From Acidimicrobiia bacterium (GTDB lineage: Bacteria; Actinomycetota; Acidimicrobiia; Spongiisociales; ZC4RG35): a stretch of 64,000 nt of DNA. The notes under the pieces were generated by a model. The model had not been told where the DNA came from, did not search any database, and saw only the letters and a list, made by a program, of their open reading frames with translations. Numbering within the stretch: position 1 is the first letter of the stretch; the number at the start of each line of letters is the position of its first letter. Made by a program: the position numbers and the translations under genes. The stretch is taken from the NCBI GenBank assembly GCA_036556085.1, contig DATBKE010000125.1, positions 33,008 through 97,007 on the forward strand. Reading direction: 5' to 3'. Shown here in pieces: positions 44,711-55,576 of the stretch.

Positions 44711-45442
44711 GTGGATCGGCGACTGGAAAAGCGGCGACGAGAGGTGGCTGAGGGCCAGGCGCGATCCGGGCTCTCCAAACTCCTGGTGGTCTTGATCCTG
44801 GCTTCGATCGCAGGGTTGGCGACGTGGCTGTTTCGCTCGCCGGTCCTCGCGGTCCACCGAATCGTCGTGGCCGGAGCCCCGCCTCATCTCACCGAGGAGG
44901 TCCGAAGCTCATCGGGCATCGCTCCCGGAGAACCGCTGATCTCGGTCCGCCCGGCGGAAGTCGAGGCGGTCCTCCGAGACAACCCTTGGATATCGGAGGC
45001 GGAGGTGACCTTGCAGTGGCCCCAGCAGGTACTCATCGAAATCACTCCTCGGCTCCCGGTCGCCTGGCTTGAGGAAGGGCCGAACTGGAGCCTGGTGGGA
45101 GCGGACGCCGTGGTCCTCGAGACCGCCATGGAGGCGGGGTCCGAACTCCCCACGCTGCGCGCCCAGGCGGAGGTTGCCAAACTGGCCGGCCTCGCCTTTC
45201 TGGCGGAGTTGGGACCTCTCCGCTTTCCGGGGGCGCTCGTCGAGCAGCGTCAGGGGGAGTTGTGGGCACAGATCGGCGGACATCTGATCCGCTTGGGAAG
45301 GCCGGTCGATATGGAAGCCAAGGCCAGAGCGCTGCACGCTCTCCTCGGTCAAGGGATCGCCGACGGGGCTGCGATCAGCCTGGTCGCCCCCACCCGACCC
45401 GCCGTCTACCTCGAAAACGCTCAGCCTCAGGTTGAGCCTTAG
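44711..45442 (+). CDS. ftsQ: cell division protein FtsQ (POTRA)
   Basis: Single TM then a POTRA-like region. Position between murB and ftsZ. Confidence 0.7.
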   Translation: MDRRLEKRRREVAEGQARSGLSKLLVVLILASIAGLATWLFRSPVLAVHRIVVAGAPPHLTEEVRSSSGIAPGEPLISVRPAEVEAVLRDNPWISEAEVTLQWPQQVLIEITPRLPVAWLEEGPNWSLVGADAVVLETAMEAGSELPTLRAQAEVAKLAGLAFLAELGPLRFPGALVEQRQGELWAQIGGHLIRLGRPVDMEAKARALHALLGQGIADGAAISLVAPTRPAVYLENAQPQVEP

Positions 45443-45542
45443 AGGTGGTGGGTTTACATTCCAGAACCGCCGCACTAAACCTCTACCTCACCTTTCATCA
45501 GGTTCACTTTCTTTTCGCGATCTCAGCTAGGGGTTACACACC

Positions 45543-46571
45543 ATGAACGCACGCACCGCCGCCCAACCGTCGGGCTATCTGGCCGTAATCAAAGTCGTCG
45601 GAGTCGGAGGAGGAGGCGTCAACGCGGTCAACCGGATGATCGAGGCGGGCGTGAGAGGGGTGGAGTTCATCGCCCTCAACACCGACGCCCAGGCCCTTTT
45701 GATGTCGGATGCGGACGTGAAATTGGACATCGGCCGCGAGGTAACCCGAGGTCTGGGAGCGGGAGCGAATCCGGAGGTGGGCCGGGCCGCCGCCGAGGGA
45801 CATCGCTCCGAGTTGGAAGAGGTTTTGAAAGGTGCCGACATGGTGTTCATCACCGCCGGGGAGGGGGGCGGGACCGGGACCGGCGGGGCGCCGGTGGTGG
45901 CGGAAGTTGCTCGCAGTCTGGGGTCGCTCACGGTTGGAGTCGTCACCCGTCCCTTCGGTTTCGAGGGCCGGCGTCGGGCGCTTCATGCCGAACAGGGCAT
46001 CCAAGGGTTGCGCGACGCGGTAGACACCCTGATCGTGATCCCCAACGACCGGCTGCTCGATGTGGCCGACCCGAAGGCTCCGATGACCGAGACCTTCCGC
46101 CTCGCCGACGACGTTTTGATGAACGGCGTCAAGGGCATCACCGACCTCATCACCACCCCCGGTTTGATCAATGTCGACTTCGCCGATGTCAAGACCGTCA
46201 TGTCCGATGCCGGGACTGCGGTCATGGGCATCGGCCGTGGCACCGGTGACGAGCGGGCGCCGCAGGCAGCTCAGCGAGCGATCTCCTCACCGCTGCTGGA
46301 AACCTCCATGGAGGGAGCCCGGGGAGTTCTGCTGTGCGTGGCTGGCCCCTCGTCGATGACCCTTCACGAGGCAACGAAGGCCGCCCAAACCGTTTCCGGT
46401 CACGCCGACGAGGACGCCGAGATCATCTTCGGAGCCATCATCGATGACAATCTCGGCGAGGAGATGAGAGTGACCGTGATTGCCGCTGGGTTCGATCGCA
46501 AGGCCCGGACCCGGACCCTCGGCCAGACCCACCACGACTCAGTCGAGATCCCTTCCTTCGTGCAGGGATGA
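45543..46571 (+). CDS. ftsZ: cell division GTPase FtsZ
   Basis: [10 protein letters not shown] tubulin signature, GGGTGTG, and the NVDFADV T7 loop. Confidence 0.97.
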   Translation: MNARTAAQPSGYLAVIKVVGVGGGGVNAVNRMIEAGVRGVEFIALNTDAQALLMSDADVKLDIGREVTRGLGAGANPEVGRAAAEGHRSELEEVLKGADMVFITAGEGGGTGTGGAPVVAEVARSLGSLTVGVVTRPFGFEGRRRALHAEQGIQGLRDAVDTLIVIPNDRLLDVADPKAPMTETFRLADDVLMNGVKGITDLITTPGLINVDFADVKTVMSDAGTAVMGIGRGTGDERAPQAAQRAISSPLLETSMEGARGVLLCVAGPSSMTLHEATKAAQTVSGHADEDAEIIFGAIIDDNLGEEMRVTVIAAGFDRKARTRTLGQTHHDSVEIPSFVQG

Positions 46572-47224
46572 GCTCTGCTCCGGCGCCCTCGCATGCGCCG
46601 GTGCGATTCGCCTTCAGCACCGCCGCTGATGGCGACCTGCGAGAAAGCCAAGACAACCGCGAACGCTTCGCCCGCAAGGTCGGCGCCCCGCATTCCTGGG
46701 CTGAGGCGCGCCAGGTGCACGGCTCGGAGGTCGTCGAGGTCACCGGGCCCGGAATGTGGGGAGAGGCCGATGCTCTATTTACCCGTTTCCCCGGCATCGC
46801 TCTGGCAGTTTTCGTCGCCGATTGCGCCGGGGTGGTTGTTACTGCCGACGGTGGCGTTGGGGTAGCTCACGCCGGTTGGCGTGGTGCGGCCGCGGGAGTC
46901 GTCGCCAGATTGGTAGAGAGGATGGAAGGAGCCGGCTTGAGGCCGGCTAGCGCTCACCTCAGCCCCTCGATCGGACCGTGTTGTTATGAGGTCGGTCCCG
47001 ACGTAGCAGATCAGTTCCCGTCAGCTGTGGCCACCACCAGTGATGGAAAAGTTTCGGTCGATCTTCGCCGAGCCATCGCCACGCAGCTGCCCGTCCCGGT
47101 TGGCGAGGACAGCGGATGCACCTTTCACGACGAGTCGTTTCTCAGCCACCGTCGTCTCGGGCATGAGGTCGGTGCGGAGAACGTGGGACGGATGGTGACG
47201 CTGGCCTGGATGGATGGACGGTGA
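46568..47224 (+). CDS. pgeF: peptidoglycan editing factor PgeF / YfiH (laccase-domain) family
   Basis: HAGWRG and CCYEVG motifs. Confidence 0.85.
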   Translation: MSSAPAPSHAPVRFAFSTAADGDLRESQDNRERFARKVGAPHSWAEARQVHGSEVVEVTGPGMWGEADALFTRFPGIALAVFVADCAGVVVTADGGVGVAHAGWRGAAAGVVARLVERMEGAGLRPASAHLSPSIGPCCYEVGPDVADQFPSAVATTSDGKVSVDLRRAIATQLPVPVGEDSGCTFHDESFLSHRRLGHEVGAENVGRMVTLAWMDGR

Positions 47225-47877
47225 GTCTCGAAGCGGTACGTTCGCGAATCGCCGAGGCGGCGGAACGGGCGGGTAGGCAACCGGAATCGGTTCGGCTGGT
47301 GGTGGTCAGCAAGGGTCAGACGCCTGAGGCTATCCGAGATCTCTACGAACAGGGTCACCGTGACTTCGGCGAGAATCGGGCCCAGGAACTCTCCGCCAAA
47401 GTAGGCCAACTCCCGTCCGACATCCGCTGGCACTTCGTTGGACCTTTGCAAACCAACAAGGTGCGTTTGGTTCGTCCCGCCGTCGATCTTCTCCATTCCC
47501 TCGACCGCATCGACCTCGTCGAGCCTTGGGTAAAAGGCCCGGGCTCACCGCCAACTGCCTTGATTCAGGTCAAGATCGGTGGAGAGGCTCAGAAGCACGG
47601 AGTCGAACCAGGCGGGGCCGGCCATCTGTGCGAGCGGGCCATCGCCGCCGGCATCGAGATCATCGGGTTGATGACCATCCCTCCACTGGTGGCCGATCCT
47701 CAGCAGGCGCGGGCCTATTTCGATGAGCTGGCCGCGATTTCATCCGCGCTCCAGCGGCCCTTTCCTGCGGTACGCGAGCTCTCCATGGGGATGTCCGATG
47801 ACTTCGAGGTGGCCATCGCCGCCGGTGCCACGATTGTCCGGATCGGGCGGGCTATCTTTGGACCACTGCCAAACTAG
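47221..47877 (+). CDS. YggS-family PLP homeostasis protein
   Basis: VVSKGQ PLP-lysine region, HFVGPLQTNK, and IGRAIFG. Confidence 0.85.
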   Translation: MSLEAVRSRIAEAAERAGRQPESVRLVVVSKGQTPEAIRDLYEQGHRDFGENRAQELSAKVGQLPSDIRWHFVGPLQTNKVRLVRPAVDLLHSLDRIDLVEPWVKGPGSPPTALIQVKIGGEAQKHGVEPGGAGHLCERAIAAGIEIIGLMTIPPLVADPQQARAYFDELAAISSALQRPFPAVRELSMGMSDDFEVAIAAGATIVRIGRAIFGPLPN

Positions 47878-47891
47878 AGGCATCCGCACCA

Positions 47892-48500
47892 ATGCCATCT
47901 TTGTTCTCTAAAGCTCTTGTTTACCTCGGGCTCGTCGACGAGGATCCCGAGGACGACCCGATCATCAACGATGACGATCGCGGCGCTCGCGGTCAGTCCC
48001 AACGTCGCTCGCCGGGCAACCGATCAGACGAGTGGGAAGACGCCGAGTATCGCCCCGCTCGCCCCGAGACCCGACGACCCGACATGAGGCGGTCAGAGAC
48101 CTTTTCCCGGGTCGAAGGTCGCCGAGTGGAACCGCCGTCGTCGGCTTCGCGGACGACAGCATTTCGGTCAGAGAACGTCGACTCGCCGGTGGTCCGCGCA
48201 GTGCGGCCGGTCGATGTGCAGGCCGACATCCTGGTCGTCGAGGAGTTCGGCGATGCCAAGGTGCTGGCCGACCGCGTGCGCGATCGGGTGCCGGTGGTGC
48301 TCGATCTCCGCCGCACCCAGCCCGATCTGGTGCGAAGAGTGATCGACTTCGGGAGCGGCCTCATCTACGCCCTCGACGGCACGATGAACAAGATCGGAGA
48401 TGGCCTGGTGGTGGTGCTGCCGCCGAGGGTGGTTTTGTCTCGGGACGAGCGCAGGCGTTTGCAGCGCCTGGGGGTTTACGAACTAGACGACGAAGACTGA
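47892..48500 (+). CDS. sepF: cell division protein SepF
   Basis: The C-terminal ~90 aa (VPVVLDLRRT...IDFGSGLIYALDG...) is the SepF core; N-terminal MPSLFSKALVYLGLVD. Confidence 0.85.
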   Translation: MPSLFSKALVYLGLVDEDPEDDPIINDDDRGARGQSQRRSPGNRSDEWEDAEYRPARPETRRPDMRRSETFSRVEGRRVEPPSSASRTTAFRSENVDSPVVRAVRPVDVQADILVVEEFGDAKVLADRVRDRVPVVLDLRRTQPDLVRRVIDFGSGLIYALDGTMNKIGDGLVVVLPPRVVLSRDERRRLQRLGVYELDDED

Positions 48501-48509
48501 TCGCGGCCT

Positions 48510-48761
48510 GTGGGTCTCATCTGTCTTCTGATCCAGCTCTATTCGCTGGCGGTGCTGGCCTGGGTGATCCTCTCGTGGGTGCGGGTCTCGGCCGTCCATC
48601 CCCTCGGCAAGGTGCAGGTGTTTCTCGATCGAATCATCTATCCGATCATCCTCCCTATGCGCCGCGTTATCCCGCCGTTGCGTTTGGGAATGGCGGCAAT
48701 CGACCTCACCCCCTTGATCCTGATTGTGGGACTCGGGCTCTTGCGGCGCTTTGTTTGCTGA
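48510..48761 (+). CDS. YggT family membrane protein
   Basis: 83 aa, two TM helices, the YggT WV(R/I)LSW-like motif. Confidence 0.7.
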   Translation: MGLICLLIQLYSLAVLAWVILSWVRVSAVHPLGKVQVFLDRIIYPIILPMRRVIPPLRLGMAAIDLTPLILIVGLGLLRRFVC

Positions 48762-48920
48762 CCCCCTCCGCCGCCTGCGGCGGCGCCTCCCCCAAACTCG
48801 CTTCGCTCGCCGGGGGAGGAAACACCCGGGGAAGCGACGCGATCTAAGTTCTTGGTACCTACGAAGAGCGGCCGTATCCTCAGTGGTTACCAATTCTTTG
48901 ACCGACAAGAGAGGTGGCGA

Positions 48921-49580
48921 TTGAACCTGACTCCGATAGACGTCGAGCAGAAGGCTTTCACCCAGGCCTTGCGCGGGTATCAAATGGACGAAGTCGACGA
49001 TTTCCTCGACGAGGTGGTGGCGACCCTGCGTTCGTATGAACAGCGATTGCGCGAGGCGCAGGACAAGATCCGCGCTCTCGAGTCCGACACCAGCTCCCGG
49101 GGAGGAGATGAGTCGGAAATCTCTCGAGCGATCATCACTGCTCAGCGTTCTGCCGATCGATTGCTGGCCGAGGCGCGCGCCGAGGCGGAGACCATCCGCG
49201 GCCAGGCCGAGGCGGAGACTGCCGCCGCCCTCAAGAAGCGTGACGACGAGCAGAACCGTCTCCAGGGAGAGGTTTCGAGCATGCGTGACCTGGTGGGGTC
49301 GCTTCGGTCCAAGCTCTCCGCCCTGGCTGCCGCCGTGACCGGTGAGGTCGACGACATGGAGGACAACCTGTCACAGGTGGCTGCGACCCTTGCCTCATCC
49401 CCCAAGAGCGACGACGACACCACCGAAATCGTTGAGGCCGAAAACAAAGCCGACGAGTCGCCGAGCTTCGGCGACATCTTTCCCGCAAGCGCAAACGAAG
49501 TCGACATCACCGATGATGTCTTCGAAAGCGAGCCGGAACCGGTAGCTCGGGTCAGCGCCCGCCCCTGGGAACGGGGTTAA
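48921..49580 (+). CDS. divIVA: DivIVA domain protein (Wag31-like)
   Basis: TTG start after a GAGGTGG RBS. LTPIDVEQKAFTQALRGYQMDEVDDFLDEV DivIVA N-domain, then coiled coil. The track frame begins at 48852. Confidence 0.8.
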   Translation: MNLTPIDVEQKAFTQALRGYQMDEVDDFLDEVVATLRSYEQRLREAQDKIRALESDTSSRGGDESEISRAIITAQRSADRLLAEARAEAETIRGQAEAETAAALKKRDDEQNRLQGEVSSMRDLVGSLRSKLSALAAAVTGEVDDMEDNLSQVAATLASSPKSDDDTTEIVEAENKADESPSFGDIFPASANEVDITDDVFESEPEPVARVSARPWERG

Positions 49581-49639
49581 CAGGGCGAACCCAGGGTTCG
49601 CAGGGCTCTAGCTATCTGCCAGCCCAAAGAATCAAAAAG

Positions 49640-52600
49640 TCAGCCAGTCTTCTGCACTCTGAGGGCGTAGGCCGCACCGTCAAGGTGTGATCGCTCACCC
49701 TCCCAATCGGAGGATCGTTCGAGCGTGGTTGCCAGCACCTCTCCTTTGATGTAATCGCGGTAGTTGGAAACGGCCTCTGCCAGCGTCTCGTCGTCGGTCC
49801 ACCACTCGACCGCGATCCGGTCGGAGACATTGAGCCCAGCCTGGCGGCGTTCTTGCTGCACTTTGCTGACGAACTCCCGAGCCATTCCCTCGGCCAGCAA
49901 CGCCGGCGTCGTTTCCATGCTCAGGGCCACAGCCAGTCCGCCGATGGCGGCCACCGCCATCCCCTCGGAGGGCTGGCGGTCGATGACGAGGTCAGCCCCG
50001 GTGATCGTCGACTCGGCCACCTCCAGCCCGGCACCGTCGAGAAGCGACTCAATTTGATCCTCGCCCAATCGAGAAACGAAGGCTGCCACCTCCTTAACTC
50101 GGGCCCCGAAGCGCGGCCCCAGGCGGGCGAAGTCGGGCTTGGCCGACATCTTCAGCAGGCCCACTCCGCTCTCGGTGACCTTGAGCTCCTTGACATTCAA
50201 TTCATCGATGATCAAATCGGCGTGATCGACGACGGCCTGTCGCTGCTGCTCGTCATGGGTGACAACGGTTAATGCGGCCAGGGGGCGCCGAACTTTGATT
50301 TCGTGTTGCTTGCGCAACCCGTGTCCAAGACTGACCACATCGCGCACCACCGCCATGGCTCGCTCGAGATCGCGATCGATGAGTCCGGTTTGCTCCACCG
50401 GGAAGTCGCGGTGGTGAACACTCGGAGCCGCGTCAGGGTCGATGCTTTTCACCAGGTCCTGGTAGATCCGTTCGGCAACAAAGGGCAGGGCCGGAGCCAC
50501 CACCGCCACGAACGTGGTCAGGACCTCATAGAGGGTGGCGAAGGCGGCGAGCTTGTCCCGATCATCCTCGCCCCGGCGGCGCCAGAACCTTCGCCGGCTG
50601 CGGCGGACGTACCAATTCGTCAGGTCTTCTACGAACCCCAGCACCGGAGGGATGACGTTGTAGAGGTAGTACCCCTCCATCTGCCGATTGACATCAGCGA
50701 TGAGGCTTTGCAGCACCGAAAGGATCCAGCGGTCGAGCTCGGGTCGCTCCGCCGGTGGCGGCGCCGACTGCAGATCATCGCCGGTGATGCCGTCGGCCAC
50801 GGCGTAGGTGGTGAAGAAGCTGTGAGCGTTCCATAAAGGCAACAAAACGGTCCGCGTCACCTCGCGGATGGCCTGCACTTGAAAGCGGACCGGCTCCGCC
50901 CGCAGCACCGGCGAGTTGATGAGATAGGCGCGGAGGGCATCGGCCCCGTGAGTCTCGAGCAGCTGTGCGGGATCGTCGTAGTTCTTGAGCGACTTCGACA
51001 TCTTGCGGCCGTCAGTGGAGAGGATGAGGCCGTTGACTACGCAATTGCGAAACGCCTCCGAATCAAAGAGCGCCGCCCCCAGGACATGGAGGGTGTAGAA
51101 CCACCCCCGGGTCTGATCTAAGCCTTCAGCGATGAACTGGGCCGGAAAGGTCGACTCGAACCTCTCCCGGTTCTCGAACGGGTAATGGACCTGTCCGTAG
51201 GGCATCGAGCCCGACTCGAACCAACAGTCCAAGACCTCGGGTACCCGCCGCATTTCTTCATCGCACTCCGGACAGGGGAAGGTGACTGGGTCGACGAAAT
51301 GCTTGTGCAGGTCGGTCAGGCGGACCCCCGAGAGCTTCTCTAGCTCCTCGATGGAACCCACACAATGCATGTGTCCGGAGGGGCACTCCCAAACCGGGAT
51401 GCACGAGCCCCAGTAGCGATTGCGGGAGATCGCCCAGTCGCGGGCATCGGCTAGCCAGTTGCCGAACCGCCGCGTCCCGACGTGCTCGGGAACCCAATGG
51501 ATGTTGTCGTTCAGCTTCACCAGCCGGTCCTTGATCGACTCCACAGCTACGAACCAGGTGGGGATCGCCTTGTACATGAGCGGGGTGTCGGTCCGATAAC
51601 AGAACGGATAGGGATGGCGGATGCGCTCGTTCCGAAATAGCGCTCCCCGTTCCTTGAGCAGCCGCACCAGGGTGGTATCGGCTTCCTTGATGTTGACCCC
51701 TGCAACCTCCGGCACCGCTTCGGTGAACCGACCCTCGAGATCGATGGGATCGACGAGGAGGTCGAGCCCGGCGCCGGCGAGGGCAGTGAAGTCCGCCTCG
51801 CCATAGGCGGGAGCCATGTGCACGAGGCCGGTTCCTTCCTCCGTTGAGACCTCGTCGCCGGCGATGACCCGAAACGCTCCTCGTTCCCGCTCCCCGGTGA
51901 AGTAGTCGAAGGGCGGGTCATAGGAGAGGCCTAACAACTGAGACCCCCTGGCGACAGCAATGGTGGGGGGCGCCTCCTTCAAATAGGAGTCGATCCGGTC
52001 TCGGGCCATCCAGTAACGGGAGCCGTCATCCTCGAAGGCCACATATTCGATCTCGGGACCGACCGCCACCGCCAAGTTGGCGGGCAGCGTCCAGGGAGTC
52101 GTGGTCCAGATGAGCAGGAAATCTCCTGCTTTCACCGCTCCCTGATCTTCTCTCACCCTCAACTTGACGGTGATCGAAGGATCGTCGACATCCCGGTAGC
52201 CGCCGAGGTTGACCTCAAAGTTGGAGAGGGGCGTGGTCGCACCCCAGGAATAGGGGAGAACCTTGAAGTCCCGGTAGACCAGGCCTTTGTCCCAGAGCTG
52301 GCGCATTGCCCACCAGACCGACTCCATGAAATCGGTATCCATGGTCCGGTAGTCGTTGTCCATGTCCACCCAGCGGCCGATCCGACGGATGACCCGGCGC
52401 CAATTCTCGGTGTTGGTCTGGACGTGAGCCCGGCAGGCCTCGTTATAACGATCGATCCCGTACTCGGCGATCTGGCGGGGACCGGAGATTCCGAGGTTCT
52501 TCTCCACCTCCATCTCGATCGGGAGGCCGTGAGTGTCCCAGCCAAAGCGCCTCTCCACCCGGAAGCCGCGCATCGTCCAGTAGCGAGGGACAACGTCTTT

Positions 52601-52807
52601 CAAAACTGATGCGAGAAGGGTCCCGAAATGAGGGCTCCCGGTGGGAAATGGGGGACCGTCGTAGAAGACATATTCGGGAGCGTCGGCGCGGCGGTCAACC
52701 GATGCCTGAAAAGCGTCGAGCTCATCCCAGAGATCGAGGATTTCCTGCTCTAGGGCCGGAAAATCGACCTGGGGGCGTGCGCGTTGAAAACTCGATCGGG
52801 AACTCAT
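49640..52807 (-). CDS. ileS: isoleucine--tRNA ligase
   Basis: 1055 aa; KMSKS (RKMSKSLKNY), editing domain, and anticodon-binding/zinc C-terminus. Confidence 0.95.
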   Translation of the reverse strand: MSSRSSFQRARPQVDFPALEQEILDLWDELDAFQASVDRRADAPEYVFYDGPPFPTGSPHFGTLLASVLKDVVPRYWTMRGFRVERRFGWDTHGLPIEMEVEKNLGISGPRQIAEYGIDRYNEACRAHVQTNTENWRRVIRRIGRWVDMDNDYRTMDTDFMESVWWAMRQLWDKGLVYRDFKVLPYSWGATTPLSNFEVNLGGYRDVDDPSITVKLRVREDQGAVKAGDFLLIWTTTPWTLPANLAVAVGPEIEYVAFEDDGSRYWMARDRIDSYLKEAPPTIAVARGSQLLGLSYDPPFDYFTGERERGAFRVIAGDEVSTEEGTGLVHMAPAYGEADFTALAGAGLDLLVDPIDLEGRFTEAVPEVAGVNIKEADTTLVRLLKERGALFRNERIRHPYPFCYRTDTPLMYKAIPTWFVAVESIKDRLVKLNDNIHWVPEHVGTRRFGNWLADARDWAISRNRYWGSCIPVWECPSGHMHCVGSIEELEKLSGVRLTDLHKHFVDPVTFPCPECDEEMRRVPEVLDCWFESGSMPYGQVHYPFENRERFESTFPAQFIAEGLDQTRGWFYTLHVLGAALFDSEAFRNCVVNGLILSTDGRKMSKSLKNYDDPAQLLETHGADALRAYLINSPVLRAEPVRFQVQAIREVTRTVLLPLWNAHSFFTTYAVADGITGDDLQSAPPPAERPELDRWILSVLQSLIADVNRQMEGYYLYNVIPPVLGFVEDLTNWYVRRSRRRFWRRRGEDDRDKLAAFATLYEVLTTFVAVVAPALPFVAERIYQDLVKSIDPDAAPSVHHRDFPVEQTGLIDRDLERAMAVVRDVVSLGHGLRKQHEIKVRRPLAALTVVTHDEQQRQAVVDHADLIIDELNVKELKVTESGVGLLKMSAKPDFARLGPRFGARVKEVAAFVSRLGEDQIESLLDGAGLEVAESTITGADLVIDRQPSEGMAVAAIGGLAVALSMETTPALLAEGMAREFVSKVQQERRQAGLNVSDRIAVEWWTDDETLAEAVSNYRDYIKGEVLATTLERSSDWEGERSHLDGAAYALRVQKTG

Positions 52808-52909
52808 TGGCTCAAACTCTAGGAATAAGGAAAGGGCTTCAGCCCGTTAAATAATTCCAGGTTCGGGCTATGGTTCCCGGACTTTCAGTGGGCGATTTGC
52901 GGTAAGGAT

Positions 52910-53281
52910 ATGGCCAGACAACTAGCCGTCAACACTCTCAAGCGCTTTCGTAACCAGCTCGAAGAAGAGCAAGCGCGTCTCGAGAGGATGATCGAGGAAC
53001 ACGAGCGCGAGCTGGAAGAGGCGCGGCAGACCGAGACTTCGGCCGAGCGCAGCCCTGATCCCGGCAGCGCTGAGGCCGGCTCGATGAATTTCGAGTACGA
53101 GAAGGAGTTGTCCCTGGGCCAGAACACGGTCGATCTGCTGCGCAAGGTGGAACGGGCTCTTTCCCGGGTGGCCGACAAGACATACGGCATCTGCGAGAGC
53201 TGTGGGAATCCGATCCCGGTGGCCCGGCTCGAGGTGCTTCCTTATGCCACCGAGTGCGTCAGCTGCGCTCGTCGTAACTGA
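52910..53281 (+). CDS. DksA/TraR family C4 zinc-finger protein
   Basis: CESCGNPIP...CVSCAR zinc finger after a coiled-coil region. Confidence 0.8.
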   Translation: MARQLAVNTLKRFRNQLEEEQARLERMIEEHERELEEARQTETSAERSPDPGSAEAGSMNFEYEKELSLGQNTVDLLRKVERALSRVADKTYGICESCGNPIPVARLEVLPYATECVSCARRN

Positions 53282-53744
53282 TCTCCGGCGGGCGCTGCCC
53301 GCGTACGGCCTCGCCTCCGTTGTTGTCGCCCTCGACCAGCTGACGAAGCGCTGGGCGGCCACCACCTTTGTCAATGGGCCTCGATCGATCATCGGCGACT
53401 TCCTTATCTTCCGCTTTACCGAGAACAGTGGCGCCGCCTTCTCGCTTCTGCCCGACGCCGGACGCCTACTCGGCGTGGCGGCGGTGGCTGCGGTGGGCTT
53501 CATAAGTTATGCCCTGGCCAAGCCTCGTCCCGTTCACGAACAAGTGGCCTTCGGTCTCGTCCTGGGCGGGGCCATCGGCAACCTCACCGATCGCATCTTC
53601 CGCGGGCCCGGTTTTCTCGATGGTCCGGTGATCGACTGGATCCAGATCCCGTATTGGCCGACTTTCAACGTCGCCGACTCCGCGGTCTCCGTCGCCATCG
53701 CCATCCTGCTCCTAGGGGCGCTTCGGACTCCCAAGCGGGCATAG
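53244..53744 (+). CDS. lspA: lipoprotein signal peptidase II
   Basis: DQLTK, FNVAD and D(S)AVS catalytic Asp motifs. ATG at 53244 overlaps dksA by 38 bp; the track frame begins at 53202. Confidence 0.8.
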   Translation: MPPSASAALVVTDLRRALPAYGLASVVVALDQLTKRWAATTFVNGPRSIIGDFLIFRFTENSGAAFSLLPDAGRLLGVAAVAAVGFISYALAKPRPVHEQVAFGLVLGGAIGNLTDRIFRGPGFLDGPVIDWIQIPYWPTFNVADSAVSVAIAILLLGALRTPKRA

Positions 53745-53745
53745 C

Positions 53746-54687
53746 GTGCGGGACCGCTTCGAGATTCCGCCCGAGCTGGTTGGAGAGCGCGCCGACAAGA
53801 TCGTGGCCACGCTGGCCGGCACCTCCCGCCAAGCCGCTCGCTCCCTGTTCGCCCGCGGGGTCTCGGTCGATGCTCGCCCGGTCGAGCCCGACGAGCGCAT
53901 CAAAGGGAAAGAGATCGAGTTTGAGCTGCCGGTGTCAACACCGATCCTGGAGCCGGAGGTGGTGCCATTCCAGGTCCGTTATGAGGACGAACACCTTCTG
54001 GTGGTCGACAAACCAGCCGGGGTGGTCGTCCACCCCGGCGCCGGTCGAGAGGGCCGCACTCTCGCCGCCGGGCTTCTCATGCGCTATCCCGAGCTCGAAG
54101 GGATCGGCGGGGAACGCAGGGCGGGTCTGGTCCATCGGCTCGACAAGGAAACCTCGGGGCTCTTGTTGGTCGCCCGGGGAGAGGAAGTTCACGCCCGATT
54201 GGTCAAAGACCTGGCAGCCCGGCGCATCCATCGCCAGTACCTGGCCCTGGTACACGGTGAGATGGACATGCCCACCGGCACCATCGATGCGCCGATCTCC
54301 CGCGATCCCACCCGGCCCACCCGCCAGAAAGTGAGCCCGGAAGGGCGACCGTCTCGAACTCACTACCGGGTCCGCTGGCAAGGAGATGGATTGGCCCTGC
54401 TCGAGGTCGACCTCGAGACCGGTCGCACTCACCAGATCCGGGTGCATCTCGCCGCCATCGGCCATCCGGTGGCGGGTGACCGGACTTATTCGAGGCACCG
54501 CTCGGCCCGCGGACTGCGGAGGATGTTCCTCCACGCCGCCCAGCTGCGACTGCGCCACCCGGTGACCGGAATCGAGCTGACGGTTGACTCGCCATTGCCG
54601 GTCGAGCTGGAGAAAGCACTGGCTGTTCATCCGGGAGCGATGAGCTCGCTCAGCGACGGGTCCGCGGTAGGTTTTTCTTCCACATGA
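53746..54687 (+). CDS. rluD: RluA/RluD family pseudouridine synthase
   Basis: GTG start. S4-like N-terminus and the catalytic HRLDKETSG motif. Confidence 0.85.
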   Translation: MRDRFEIPPELVGERADKIVATLAGTSRQAARSLFARGVSVDARPVEPDERIKGKEIEFELPVSTPILEPEVVPFQVRYEDEHLLVVDKPAGVVVHPGAGREGRTLAAGLLMRYPELEGIGGERRAGLVHRLDKETSGLLLVARGEEVHARLVKDLAARRIHRQYLALVHGEMDMPTGTIDAPISRDPTRPTRQKVSPEGRPSRTHYRVRWQGDGLALLEVDLETGRTHQIRVHLAAIGHPVAGDRTYSRHRSARGLRRMFLHAAQLRLRHPVTGIELTVDSPLPVELEKALAVHPGAMSSLSDGSAVGFSST

Positions 54688-55514
54688 CCGAACCGCAGGC
54701 GCCGGCGACCGGCGAAACCGTTTGCTACCGCCACCCCAACCGGCCCACCGGATTGCGCTGTGTCAGCTGCGACCGGCCCATCTGCGGCGGTTGTTCGACT
54801 CCGGGAAGCGTCGGCCAGTTCTGTCCCGAGTGTGCCCGCCAGCGGGGACGCCAGAAGATGATCGCCACCCGCCCCGGCACCGCTACCCGGCTCCGCCGAG
54901 GCGCGCCGGTCACCTTCGGGATTCTGACGGTGACGATTGCTGCGTACGTCGTCACCCAATACGCCGGTGATCTCGGAGACCGTGTCTTCTTCGAGTTGCT
55001 GCAGATAAACCAACTGGTAGCAGTGGGGGAGTGGTGGCGGCTCTTCAGCCCGATCCTGCTCCACGCCTCGATCGCCCACATCCTCTTCAACATGTACGCC
55101 CTATTCCAGCTGGGGCCGGCGGTCGAGACCCGCTACGGCCGTGCCGCCTTTCTCGCCCTATATCTGGGGGCGGCCGGCGTGGGAGGCGCCTTCGCCTTCC
55201 ACTTCGGGGGGATAGAAGATGTCTTGGTGGGAGCGTCGGGAGCCGTATTCGGCCTCTTCGGCCTCTGGCTGCACGCCGCCTACAAGATGCGAGACACCGC
55301 CTTCGGTCGCAACCTGCTCTCGAGCCTCTGGATCTCCCTGCTGCTCAACATCGCCCTCCCTTTTCTCATCCCCGGCATCTCCTGGCAAGGCCACCTCGGG
55401 GGGCTTCTGGCGGGGATTCTCACCGGGGAGATCTGGTCTCGAATCCGGGCCCGGCAACGGGTCCTGGTGCCGGTGGGGCTGGCGGTTTTGGCGGTCCTCT
55501 CCGTCCTCCTCTAG
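54684..55514 (+). CDS. rhomboid family intramembrane serine protease with N-terminal zinc ribbon
   Basis: CxxC...CxxC ribbon, the GASGAVFG serine motif, and the catalytic His in TM6 (GHLGG). Confidence 0.8.
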   Translation: MTEPQAPATGETVCYRHPNRPTGLRCVSCDRPICGGCSTPGSVGQFCPECARQRGRQKMIATRPGTATRLRRGAPVTFGILTVTIAAYVVTQYAGDLGDRVFFELLQINQLVAVGEWWRLFSPILLHASIAHILFNMYALFQLGPAVETRYGRAAFLALYLGAAGVGGAFAFHFGGIEDVLVGASGAVFGLFGLWLHAAYKMRDTAFGRNLLSSLWISLLLNIALPFLIPGISWQGHLGGLLAGILTGEIWSRIRARQRVLVPVGLAVLAVLSVLL

Positions 55515-55576
55515 CCCAAATTCGGGTCAGGTGAACGGGGTCGGGGATCCTCGATCGAAGTGGCTAACTTACACCC

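Noticed and set aside
52808-52909. Possible T-box riboswitch upstream of ileS
   Set aside because: Looked for the T-box consensus (AGGGTGGNACCGCG) and a specifier loop on the minus strand. Only a short GGGCT-ga-AGCCC hairpin is present in a 100-bp AT-richer leader. Too short and no consensus.
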